Source: the human T2T-CHM13v2.0 reference genome, Homo sapiens
Assembly (NCBI RefSeq): GCF_009914755.1
Contig: NC_060939.1
Strand: one strand, 5' to 3'
Length of the DNA: 64,000 bases
Shown here: piece by piece, positions 47,890 to 61,203 of the stretch
Layout: each line of letters begins with the position of its first letter
How positions within the stretch are numbered: the first letter of the stretch is position 1
Translations under genes and position numbers: made by a program
The notes under the pieces: model-generated
Seen by the model: only the letters and a program-made list of their open reading frames with translations
Database searches by the model: none
Told to the model about the DNA's origin: nothing

Positions 47890-48714
47890 TATGTATGTGC
47901 ATGTGTGTATGTATATATGTATATATGCACATGTATACACATGCACACACATACAATAGCTCCCCTAATCCACAGTTTCAATACATATATACTCTCTCTA
48001 GATAGTATATATGTGCACTCATACACACTATATATATTATGTGTGCGAGTGCACGTGTGCATATCTGTACCACACAATCCACTGTTTTGTGTTTTCCATT
48101 ACTTGGAGCCCAACGCATTCCTAAATAATGTAGGGAAAAATACAGAGAACAAACAATGGCAGTGAAAACTATGTGCTATGTAGAAGTACAGATTCCACCA
48201 GGATATCTAGGAAAGAACCACTATAATTTGGGATCCAAGGGGCTCCCTGGGAGAAGTGTCATTTTAGTCTGAGATCAAAAAGAAGAGTAAAAGTTGTCTT
48301 GGCAAAGAATCCAGCAGGGTGAGCAGGGAGAGGGGTGTTACTGGACAGAAAGTTGCGTCTGGATAAACCTGAAAGTAGAATGGGCAAGTACATTCAAGGT
48401 ACTGAGGTCATTAAGTGTGGATGAAGTGGAGGGCAGCAGGAGGAGAGGTCTGGTTAGGATGATGGTAGCAGGGCGGCAGGGAGGATGAGATGCCAGGAGA
48501 GAGATGCCCTGCAGGAATTGTACAGTGGGGTTTAGATTTGACCTCAAAGGCAAAGATGAGTCACTGAGGCATTTTCAATAGGGGTGAAACTTGATGAGAT
48601 TTTTAATTTAGAAAATAAAGTATTTGCATTTAAGAAAAATTACTCTGGTTGCATAGCAGAGACTGCATTTGCATTTGCGCAATACTGGTGCAAAATGAAT
48701 GCTAGGTGGACACC

Positions 48715-50988
48715 TGTATTAGTCTGTTCTCATGCTGCTAGTAAAGACATACCAAAGGCTGTCTAATTTATAAAGGAAAGAGGTTTAATTGACTCACAGT
48801 TACACATGGCTGGGGAGGCCTGACAATCATGGTGGAAGGTGAATGAGGAGTAAAGTCATGTCTTACATGGTGGCAGGCAAGAGCTTGTGCAGGAGAACTC
48901 ACATTTATATAACCATCAGATCTTGTGAGACTTATTTACTACCATGAGAACAGTATGGGGGAAACTGTCCCCATGATTCAACTATCTCTACCTGACCCTG
49001 CCCTTGACACATGGGGATTATTACAATTCAAGGTGAGATTTGGGTGAGGACACAGCCAAACCATATAATTCCACCCCCGGCCCCTCCCAAATTTCATGTC
49101 CTCACATTTCAAAAATTATCATCCCTTCCCAACAGTCCCCCAAAGTCTTAACTCATTTTAGCATTAACTCAAAACTCCACAGTCCAAAGTCTCGAGGCAA
49201 GGCAAGTCCCTTCCACCTACGAGCCTGTAAAATCAATAGCAAGTTGGTTACTTCCGAGATACAATGGGGGTACATGCAATGGGTAAACACTTGGCCAAAA
49301 GGAAGGGGCTACAGGCCCCATGCAAGTTCAAAATCCAGCAGGGCAGTCAAATCTTAAAGCTCCAAAATGATCTCCTTTGACTCCATGCCACTTCCAGGTT
49401 ATGCTGATGCAAGAGGTGGGTTCCCATGGTCTTGGGCAGCTCCACCCTGTGGCTTTGCAGGGTACAGCCCTCCTCCTAGTTGCTTTCACAGGCTGGCATT
49501 GAGTGTCTACAGCTTTTCCAGGTGCACAGTGCAAGCTGTTGGTGGATCTATCATTTTGGGGTCTGGAGGATGGTGGCCCTCTTCTCACAGCTCCACTGGG
49601 CAGTGCCCCAGTAGGGACTCTGTGTAGGGGCTCCCATCCCACATTTCCCTTCCACACTGCACTAGCAGAGGTTCTCCATGAGGGTTCTGCTCCTGCAGTA
49701 AACTTTTGCATGGACACCCATGCATTTCCATACATCCTCTGAAATCTAGGTGGAGGTTCCCAAACCTCACTTCTTGACTTCTGTGCACCTGCAGGCTTAA
49801 CACCATGTGGAAGCTGCCAAGGCTTGGGACTTGCACCCTCTGAAGCAGTGGCCTGAGCTCTACATGGGCCCTTTTTAGCCATGGCTGGGATTTGAGACTG
49901 CACAAAGCAGCAAGGCCCTGGGCCTGGCCCATGAAACCATTTTTTCCTCTTAGGCCTCCAGGCCTCCTGTGATGGGAGAGGCTGCTGTGAAGACCACTGA
50001 CATGCCTGGAGACATTTTCCCCATTGTCCTGGCAATTAAAATGTGATGCCTCATTACTTACGGAAATTTCTGCAGCTGGCTTGAGTTTCCCCCCAGATAA
50101 TGGGTTTTTCTTTTCTACTGCATTATCAGACTGCAAATTTTCCAAACTGTTATGCTCTGCTTCCCTTTTCAACATAAGCTCCTATTCCAAACCATATCTT
50201 TGTGAATACACAAAACAACATGCTTTTAAGAGCACCCAAGTCACCTCTTGAATGCTTTGCTACTCAGAAATTTCGTCTGCCAGATGCCCTAAATCATCTC
50301 TCTCAAGTTCAAACTTCCACAAATCTCTAGTGCACGGGCAAAAAGCTACCAGTCTCTGCTAAAACATAGCAAGAGTCACCTTCGCTCCAGTTAGCAACAA
50401 GTTCTTCATCTCTATCTGAGACCACCTCAGCCTGAACTTTATGGTCCATATAATTATCAGCATTTTGGTCAAAGCCATTCAGCAAGTCTCTAGGAAGTTC
50501 CAAACTTTCCCACATTTTCCTGTCTTCTTCTAAGCCCTCCAAACTGTTCTAACCTCTGCCTGTTACCCAGTTCCAAAGTTGCTTCCACATTCTCAGGTAT
50601 CTTTACAGCACCACCCCATTCTACCACTACCAATTTATTAGTCTGTTCTCATCCTGCTAATAAAGACATACCAGAGACTGGGTAATTTGTAGAGGAAACA
50701 GATTTAATTGGCTCACAGTTACACATGCTGGGGAGGCCTCACAATCATGGTGGAAGGTGAATGAGGAGCAAAGTCAAGTCTTACATGGCAGCAGGCAAGA
50801 GAGCTCGTGTAGGGGAACTCTCATTTATATAACCATCAGATCTCATGAGACTTATTCACTACCACAAGAACAGTATGGGGAAAACTGCCCTCATGATTCA
50901 ATTATCTCCACCTGGCCCTGCCCTTGACCCATGGGAATTATTACAATTCAAGGTGAGATTTGGGTGGGAACATAGCAAAACCATATCA
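48715..50988 (-). mobile_element. Full-length THE1(C-like) MaLR provirus: 3' LTR 48715-49068, internal about 49069-50635, 5' LTR about 50636-50988
   Basis: Two direct LTRs, a THE1 internal region and a 5-bp TSD acacc/atacc. Sits in a minus-strand L2 (about 48230-48714 and 50989-51140). Same orientation as OTUD7A. Confidence 0.93.
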
Positions 50989-51309
50989 ATACCACAGCAA
51001 TGTCAATGAGGGATGATGAGGATGAAGAAGTGGAGGGTTGGAGAGGTAATGAGGGCAGAATCTGCAGTGCTTGGTGACCAACTGGAGGGAGAAGGGAGGG
51101 AAAAGGAAGTGTTCATGATCTACTTGGCTGGCTGAATTACTGAAAGCCACATCTGGAGTATTAATCAGCATTAAAAAGAAGGAAGTTGCATGTACATATG
51201 ATTTGAGGGATTTCAGTGAAGGATTGTTGAGTGAGAAAAGCAGTATGCTGGAAAGTGTGTTCAATGCAACCCAGTTTGGCAAAATAAAGCAACAGCGTCC
51301 TTGCCTGGT

Positions 51310-52960
51310 CCATGTTGTGCCTTACTGTCCAAGGTCAGTGTCAGTTCTGCACCACCACTGCCTTTCTCCATCCCTGCAGCACTGCAGGAGAGAAGCTTGC
51401 AGGACTTTTCCCAGAACTCTCTTTCTGGTGCAGTCTAGTGATAGTCTCTAGCAAGAGGCATTCATGCAAGGTGGAAGATGAAGCCAGGCCACTTTTCTAT
51501 GGATGCAGTTGCACAGATGCATGGCAGAGGCAGACATGAGATTTGCTGCAGCTGCCAGGGAAGCTCCTGTGAAGCACCTGCTTTGTAAATCCAGGCCACT
51601 GAGAAGGGTAGTGGCAGAGATGCTGATATGGTTTGGCTGTGTCCCCACCCAAATCTCATCTTGAATTGTAGCTCCCATAATTCCCGTACGTTGTAGGAAG
51701 GAGCCAGTGGGAGACAATTGAATCATGGGGGTGGTTTCCCCCATACTGTTCTCATGGTAGTGAATAAGTCTCATGAGATTTGGTGGTTTTATCAGGGGAA
51801 GCCCCTTCTGCTTGGTTCTCATTCTCTCTCTTGCCTGCCACCATGTAAGACATGACTTTTGCCTTCCACCATGATTGTGAGGCCTCCCCAGCCATGTGGA
51901 ACTGTGAGTCCATTAAACTTCTTTTTCTTTATAAATTACCCAGTCTCAGATATGTCTTTATCAGCAGTGTGAAAATGGACTGTGTGATGCTCCCTGGGAC
52001 TCATGAGGTGTCCATGACCTCCAGGGAACCCTGCTGAACCTCCCGTAGTTAGCAACGCTTCTCTGATTTCATGCAGTTGCACTGGTTGTGTAAACCTCTA
52101 GTTCCCCTTCCTACTTGGAATACCTAGAACAGCTTCTGTCTCCTTAAGCAAATGTTGATGGATACAGAATTTCATACTGGAAATGGTTCCAGGAAAACAG
52201 AGCACAGAGATGAGATGAGGTCTCTGTCAGTGCAGGCAAATCAACAGCTGGTATAGATTGACAACTCTGATGAAAAGAAAGAGCACAAAGACAGCAGGGT
52301 GGGCTGACCCTTCATGACTTATCTAGAGAGCAACAGGAACACAAGGGAAGCTTTAATTCTCAGCTCCAGGTATAGCTGTGGAGTCACAGCTCCCAGTTCC
52401 TTTAAGGAACCTCTTAGCTCTTATAGCCATGGAGGCATTGATCCAAAGAGCCAGACCTTTCTGACACTGCACACTGATGAATTACACAAGTTTAATTGAA
52501 AGCCTTGCTAGACCTCCTAAGAACATAGTATGGCAGTGATCACAAGACTGGGGCTTTGGAGCTGGATGGGATCCTGAGAACACTTAAGTGGTTTTTGACA
52601 AACCAGAGGGCCTTGAAATCCAACATCAACATCAACTGACCCGCCCTGGGCTCAACAAAGCAGCCTCTGCTCACTTGACTGAGAGAAGCTTCTCCTTGTC
52701 TGAAGACCTGCTAATGACCTTGCCTGAGCAGACAAGTTACAGGGGGATGCCTACGTCACCTTAAAACCCAGCTTGTTTTGGAATCAGATTCTTAACTACG
52801 AAGACAGCCTGGGAGGATATACCATACACATCCAAAGAATCGCAAGATTGTTGCCAGTAGAAATCTGAAGAAAGTACATAGGAACATGTCACCAGCAGCA
52901 ACTAATGCTGAGCTCTTTGGATATGAAAGTCTGGGTGCTTGCTGCAGACAAGGGGTGCCC
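51310..52960 (+). mobile_element. Old ERVL LTR plus gag-like internal remnant
   Basis: LTR-like end ...ctagaacagcttctgtctcc...gataca, followed by gaatttcatactggaaatggttcc and decayed ERVL internal text. Confidence 0.45.
51624..51985 (+). mobile_element. THE1B solo LTR
   Basis: tgatatggtttggctgtgtccccacccaaatctcatcttgaattgtagctcccataattccc. Perfect 5-bp TSD GATGC (51619-23 / 51986-90). Confidence 0.93.
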
Positions 52961-54879
52961 AATAGATGCAGTGGAAAAGGGTCACAGACACGTCAGCTGG
53001 AGTCTGCAAGGTGCAGTGTTCAAGATCATGATGGCCTGCCTATTTCTCTCCGGTTTGGTGATTTATCTAGTGGAGTATAGAAATCCTATGTGCCCTCTTG
53101 CTTCCTTGTCATATGCCATAAGACCTATTGATGAGGAGAAATTAAACTCTTAATTCAGTCTTTAAGGTATAGTTTATCACAAATGGGTTGTGAGTGAGCT
53201 AGATGGCAAATGAACAAAACTCAAGATGGGTTTGGTGACTTGGAGGACATTGCGCCTCCCTTTGTTGGTGAGATGCATGCACATTTCCAGTGGAATGAAG
53301 AAGAGTAAAATTAGCAGGGCACGATGTTACTGCTGTTGCTTGCTGGTTAGATATGGGCCAAAGGATATGGATGGGTGAGGATTTGACAAAAGGGGTGGAT
53401 GGTGCTGGAGAGCCTGTGCTCAACCTTTCCCCTCCCTTCATTCTCCTCTGCGTAATTTGGGAACAGCCTGGAATGGCACTTCCCAGAACTGCTTTCCAGA
53501 CAAGCTCTAGGTTCTCAAATGACAAACATTCATGCGAGGCGTGGAAGGCAGCAGGAGAAGTCTTCGAATACTGAGGTTAGCTGCGAGCAGAAACAGACAG
53601 CTTCTGGCCCAGCTCTGGGGAATCTCATCCTCAGCAGCCCAGATGGTGACAGTGGCTCTGCCTGTGAGTCATGCTGCACCCAGGAGAATACCTACAGGTG
53701 AGCTGCTTCGGTGCTCTGGGGCAGTAGGCTGTGACAGCACAGTGCGTCCCCACCCGGCATCCCCAGGGTTGAGAGCTTGACCTTTGAGTTATGTGTTTCT
53801 ATCTGCGGCTTCCCTGCCCTTCACTCCTCTACCCTTCCAGCTGGGGTGCAAGCCTCTAAGTGGTGGTCTGAAAATCCTTCTCACTTGCAACCTCCAGATT
53901 CTTATGTGCTCCAGAAAGAGCCCCGGCTGTATTCATATGTGTATACATATATGTGTATACATAAAGATGTATATGTACATAGGTGTCTACAGACCACTAT
54001 TTGAGCTTGGAGAAAAATATGGAAGAACACATACTAGCTTGCTCACATGGGTTTCCGGGAGTTGTAATGACATCAATAGAGAGAGGAAGGAGGGATTGGG
54101 ATGAGCCAAGCAACAAAGAAGACTTTTTCTAGAAACAAATGATATATATGTTATGATACCATTCATGCAAAATGACATATGCATGTGAATATAAATGTAT
54201 ACATTAAAATAGAAGAAAGGCAGGTAGGGTCAGGATGGTCCCTCAGCAGGAATTCTGAAGGTGAGGCTACGCTGGTTCACCCTATGGAGAAAGGCTCCTG
54301 CCAGTTACGATTACTATTAACCCTTCCTATTACTCTAGGAGTGAATCCATTTATCTGGTTTCTTTCCTCCAGGATAGAATGACCAAAGAAGGGAAATGCA
54401 GGCAGAACATAAAGACTCTGCAGACAGCGCAGATGTGGTGGGTGGGAGGCTTAGCCTCAGCTTTTATAGTCAATTTCTTTAAATGAATTTACCCTGAATT
54501 TAAATGAAAGTCTAAATTCCATACATACAGTGTGAATAGCTCACATACCTATCAATTTACAACATGGCTATGGTGTGTTAGATAGCAAGTCCTAGAAGGA
54601 CTGAGGGTAGGGTTTTCTGCACAGCAGCCCCCCAGGGCTGTGGGTACCACAGGCATTCACTCAGGGGTGGGAGTCAGAAGAGCGGGGAGTGTCAGGGGCC
54701 AGATTTTGGCCACAGCCCTGCTGTGAGCTTGCCTTGTGACTTTGGGCAACTTCTGCCTCCTCTTTGAGTCCCAGTTTTGGCAATGTTAAGGAGAGATGGT
54801 TGAGATTCATCTCTAAGGGGCAGTGTAAGTCTGAAGAGTCTGAAAGTTAAAAACAACACGATTGGCCCACTCTCCTCAT

Positions 54880-56200
54880 TTTCCTCTCATTCCCCGACTC
54901 CCACCACTCCCCTTACACCACCCATGTCCCTAGCACTGATGGCCTGCACTTTGCCAACCCCAGGAACACTGAGAGCTAGCCACTCCCTTAGCCATGTTCT
55001 TCTTGGCATCTGGGATGCCACATTCCCTTGGCTTGCCCCCTCTCCACTACTGCTCAGCTGGGTCTCCCCTGCTGGGTCCTCCTCCTCCTCCTGGCCTCTG
55101 CTTGCTGAAGGGCTCCAGCCCCAGGACCACTGCTCTTCTCCACCCACATTGCCCGCCAGGGCTGCTCGCTGTGAGTGCCATCTAAATACTGATGACTCCT
55201 GGAGTTTTGTCCTCAGGCTAACTCTTGACTCACACATCCAGCTCCTGACTCAACACCTCTGCTCGGCTATCTAAGAGCATCCCAAGCCTAACACAGCCTA
55301 AGCCAAAGATCCATGCATCATGCTTGACTCTGTTCTTACCCTCACACCCGACATCAGCAAGTCCTTGCAGCTTCACCTTAAAATATGCATTCTTGATCTA
55401 ATCATAATCAAAATCTCTACCATTGCCACCCTAGGTTGGCTGCATCTCTTGCTTGGATTATTGCCAGAGGCTTCTGGTTCCTCTCCTTACTTCCACCCCA
55501 GTGTGCCCTGTCACCTGTTCTCCACAGGACAGCCAGAGTGGCCCTTTGAAAATGTAAATCTTGGCCGGGCGCGGTGGCTCACGCCTGTAATCCCAGCACT
55601 CTGGGAGGCTGAGGCAGGTGGATCACGAGGTCAGGAGTTCAAGACCAGCCTGGCCAAGATGGTGAAACCCCGTCTCTACTAAAAAAAAAATACAAAAATT
55701 AGCCAGGTGTGGTGGCAGGCGTCTGTAATCCCAGCTACTCGGGAGGCTGAGGCAGGAGAATTGCTTGAACCCAGGGGGAGAGGTTGCAGTGAGCTGAGAT
55801 TGTGCCACTGCACTCCAGCCTGGGAAACAGACTGAGACTCCATTTCAAAAAAAAAAAAAAAGAAAATGTAAATCTTATCATGTTCCTCTCCTTTGAAACC
55901 CCAGGGACTTTCAATCACTTTCCAAATAACTTCGGAGTCTTCCCCATGGCCTCCAGGCCCTTGGCAATCTGGCCCCGGGCACCAAGTGACTTCGCCTGCT
56001 GTCCCTCTTTGGGCTCCAGCCACTCTGACCTGGGCCAGGGCTTTCTGCCATAGGGCCCTAACGCTCACTGTTCCTTCTGCTTGGATTATGCATTCTCAAA
56101 ATATCTGCACTCTTTCTCCCTCACTTCATTGTGGTCTCTCCTGAGCTATCACCTCATCAGAAAGGCTCTCCCTGACCTTTTTATCTAAAATACCCTGTGT
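54880..56200 (+). mobile_element. L2 LINE remnant interrupted by an Alu
   Basis: tcttggcatctgggatgccacattcc, ttctccacaggacagccagagtg, ctgttccttctgcttgga, ctccctgacc. Confidence 0.75.
55563..55861 (+). mobile_element. AluSg-like SINE
   Basis: Perfect 15-bp TSD gaaaatgtaaatctt (55548-62 / 55862-76). Confidence 0.97.
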
Positions 56201-56204
56201 CCTG

Positions 56205-56700
56205 GCATCCAGCAATCCCACTTGTTGGTATAATCCCTACAGAAATGCCCGTACATCTGCCATATGCACATAGAGCCACTAAAGATGCATACAGCAGCCC
56301 TGTTCATAACAGCACAAAAGAGAAACAAGTCAAATGTTCATCAAAAGTAGAATGAACAAATACATTTGGTTTATTCAAACAATGGAATGCTATGTGGCAA
56401 TGAAAAAGCAATTTAATTCCATACAACAATACAGAGGAGTCTCAGGAATATCTTGTTGTAGGAAAGGAGAAAGTTCCTAAATATTCATGCAGTCTGGCTC
56501 CATTTATTTGAAGGCCAAAGCTTGCAATACTAAGCAACATATTGACTACAGGTGCAGACATGCATGGCAACACGCTAAGGGAAAGCAAGGGAAAGGTAAA
56601 CACAAACTTCAGGTGAGTGGTCGTTTCCCAGGGGGAGGCAACATGATGGGTTAGCAAGAAACACAAAGGGATTTCAAAGTTAATGACAAATTCCATGCCC
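56205..56700 (+). mobile_element. L1ME-type 3' end
   Basis: ccagcaatcccactt...aaatgttcatcaaaagtagaatg...acaatggaatgctatgtggcaatgaaaa. Confidence 0.7.
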
Positions 56701-57462
56701 CTCACCCTTTCTAAGCTGGGTATTTTCATAATGAATTCTGATAAATTAATTTTGTACCACCTCAATATTTAACAGAAATAATGAATCAGGGTAGGTTAAA
56801 CTGTGGCAATCAGTAGAGCCTCCTGCCTCCCATCAGGAGCTTAAACACAAAAGGCCTATTCCTTTCTGCACACAGCAGTCCAGGGTGGAGTCCAGGCCTC
56901 TGATGGTTCCGCTCCACACACTCATCCAGGGATCCAGGTACCATCTTCCACACGTGGCTTCCAAGGCTGCCTGGGCGGCAGCAGCCCACTCAACCAGCAG
57001 GGACAGGGGAAGTCCCTCACAGCCGAGACTGCTTTTCCAGGGACTATGGCAGCCTGGAGGGCAGGGATTGCTACTCAGAGGGGAGGAGGGCCTCTTCCTC
57101 TTGGCTTCACTGCAGACTCTCCTCAAACTTCACCTCCTCAGGCAGCCTATGATGGGCCAGCCTAGAAGGGCACATGGCACACTTTCTGTTGTTCCACTGT
57201 GGGGTGGGTGACATGGCCACATTGAAGTGCAAGGGAGACTGGGACATGAGGCCTCGTAGCCTGCTTAGGCAGAAGGAAAGATGGGTTTTGGAAACAGCTA
57301 GTTGCTTCTACCTCAAACATTTGAAAAAGATGTATGCTACAAATCCTGTGTATGTATACATATACATACACGCATATTACATCTACACACACGTGTGTAT
57401 ATGGATATGTGTATGGAGAACTGAAAGAAGAGATATCAAAATAGCCTTGGGATTCTCTTTAA

Positions 57463-57810
<348 letters not shown>

Positions 57811-58234
57811 TATTTTCTCATTTTGTTTGCATTTTTTCAATGAATTTATACTAATATCCTCAGGGCCTCAGTTTACCTAAATGCCTGGCGGATGTGATTG
57901 TTTGGGTAACTAACTGGCTCCTTTTGGTTATTTTTAATGAATATGCAGACATCCAAAAGCTAAACTAAATTGTGTACTCAACTATTTCAAACAACTGGCT
58001 AAATAATGTAGAAAAGTAAATCATTCAGTTTTAGTACTGAATGATAACTATTTTGTGTTACTCTGTAAGATTAGTATTGAAACTATCAATCTCATGGTAA
58101 TGTAAAATATAATTAGTATATTCTTATGATAAAAGGATAATAATTTTGGGAAAAAAACCTTTCAATTTGGTTATATATATATCAACTGAGTGAAAGAAGA
58201 GCAAGTTATAATTATACACACACATACATACACA

Positions 58235-58585
58235 CACCATCATGTGCTATATGACAATTCCGTCAATGACAGACCACATACAATGGTATTCTCACAAGAG
58301 TATAGTGGAGCTGAAAAATTCCTATTACCTAGTGACATCACAGCTTTTGTAACTTCATAGTGCAACACATACCTTTTCTATGTTTAGATATACAAATACT
58401 CACCACTGTGTTACAATTGCCTATAGTTTTGTAGCTTACGATCAATAGGTTATAGCCTAGAGCCTAGGTATGTAGTAGGCTATGCCATCTACTTCATGGA
58501 AGTGAACTTTAATATTTGTGCAATGATGAAATTACCAATCACATGTCTCATAAGGTATTTCTGTCATTCAGTGATGAATGACTAT
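58235..58585 (-). mobile_element. Tigger3a/MER7-like DNA transposon
   Basis: tggagctgaaaaattcctattacctagtgacatc. Inverted relative to the Tigger3b at 59962-61476; strand is given relative to that copy. Confidence 0.8.
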
Positions 58586-60807
58586 ATATGTGTGTGTTTA
58601 TTATTGTATATGTGTGTATGTATATAGTATGTGCATAGTGTAATTTGGTGTATGTGTATATACACATATACAATAATAAATTAAACACACATATATCATC
58701 ATTCATCACGTGATGGAAATACCTTACACACACACATACATACATAGCAGGCATTAATTCATTGTTGACTTATTCCACAGACGAAATTATCTTATTGTTG
58801 TATGAATAGATAAAAGAATATGTACTTACAGCCTGATAAATTCTACTTTTGGGCTTCACACACTCCATATCTTATAAACAAAGTGAATTCTTAAGTATTT
58901 CCAGATGCTTGGGTTCTCTGTACTCAGAATACAATTAATCTAAACAATGATGCAAATATATGGTAAAAGCGTTTTCATGGCAGCTGAAGAAATAGCTAAA
59001 CTGAACAGCCTATAGCTACAGAAAAGGAAGTGCTCCATGCTGTGCCTTAGGGAAGGCTGGCTGGCTTGTGGCCATGGATTCACTGAGCATACCCCCACGA
59101 GGCTCCCTGTACGTGCAGGCATCCTTGGGTGCTGATAGCATGGATATGAATAAAGATGCGTATGTGCTTCTTAAGAGGCTAACAGAGTAAGAGGTAAGAC
59201 AGACATGGGAACAACTGTCATGGACTGGGATGACTGAGAGGTATTGCAGAGGAGCCAGGGGGTCTGCACAAGGGCTGACACATCCTGCTATTTGTGAGCG
59301 AGGAGTGGAAGCTTCCCGGGAGAGGAAGAGGGAGGGCAATATGGGGCATAGAACATAGAAAGGCTCAGAGGCTTGCAAAACCACCATCTGCATAGAGGTG
59401 TTGGGAGTTTGAGAGATTTGGTGGCTTAACAAGGAAAAGAGATGAGACCACAAGCAGGCAGCGGCATGCACAAGCTTAACTGGGAGAGCTTGGAGTGGTC
59501 TGCAGCGGATACATGGGGAAGGGGCACATCCTCAGAGCAGGAGCTTACCTAGACAAGACATTTGCTCAGACATTACTCGAGGTGTATCTGTGAGGGTATT
59601 TCTGGATGAGATGAACATTTAATTTTGATTTGTAAACTGGGCAACGCACATTGCCCTCCCCAACATGGATGGGCCTCATCTAATCCACGGAAGGGCTGAG
59701 TAGAACAAAAGGCTAAATAAGAGGAAACTCACTCTCTCTGCCTGACTGTCATCGAGCTGGCCTTGGACTCAGCTGGAACTTACACCCCCAGCTCTCCCAG
59801 TTCTCCAGCATGCTGACTGCAGGTCGTGAGACTTCTCAGCTTCCATAACCTCATGGGTCAATTCCTTATAATAGGTCTGTCTCTCTCCCCCACTCTCTCT
59901 ATAATATACATGTACATGCACACTCACACACAAACATGTATGGATATGTGTGCATACTGCACATTCATGTGCCACTTAACAATGGAAATACCTACTGAGA
60001 AATGCATCACTAGGCGATTTCATCATTGTGCGAACGAACATCACCAAGGCACTTACACAAACCTAGATGGCATAGACTACTACACACCTAGGCTCTGTGT
60101 ACAGCCTACTGCTCCTAGGCTACAAACCTGCACAGCATATAACTGTACTGAATACTGTAGGCAACTGTAACATAATGGTAAGTATTTGTGCATCTAAACA
60201 TGTCTAAAAATAAAAAAGTACAGTAAAAATATGGTATAAAAAATAAAAAATGGTACACCTGCACAGGGCACTTACCATGAATGGAGCTTACAGGACTGGG
60301 AGTTACCCTGGATGAGTCAGTGAGTGAGAGGTGAGTGAATGTGAAGGCCAGGACATTACTGTACACTACTGTAGACTTCAGAAACACTGTACAAGTAGGC
60401 TATACTAATTTAATTTTTTCTTTCTCAACAATACATTAAACTTAGCTTACTTTATTTTATAAATTTTTAAAACTTTTTGACTCCTGTATTACAAAGTGTT
60501 ACTAACACTTAGACTAAAATACAAACATATGTACAACAGCACAAAAATATTTTCTTTCTTTATATCCTTATTCTATAATCTTTTTTTAAAAAAAAAATTA
60601 AACATTTTTTCTTAGCCTAGGCCCACACAGGGTCAGGATCATCCGTATCAGTGTCTCCACCTCCACATCCTGTCCCACTGGTAGGTCTTCAGGGGCAGTG
60701 ACATGCATGGAGCTGCCATCTCTTATAACAATGTCTTCTTCTGGAACACTTCCTGAAGGACCTGCCTGAGGCCATTTTACATTAACTTTAAAAAAATATA
60801 TAAGTAG

Positions 60808-61203
<396 letters not shown>

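Noticed and set aside
49328-50175. Longest ORFs in the window (235 aa and 196 aa, minus strand)
   Set aside because: They are decayed THE1 internal (MaLR gag-like) frames, overlapping and frameshifted. There is no evidence of a domesticated gene.
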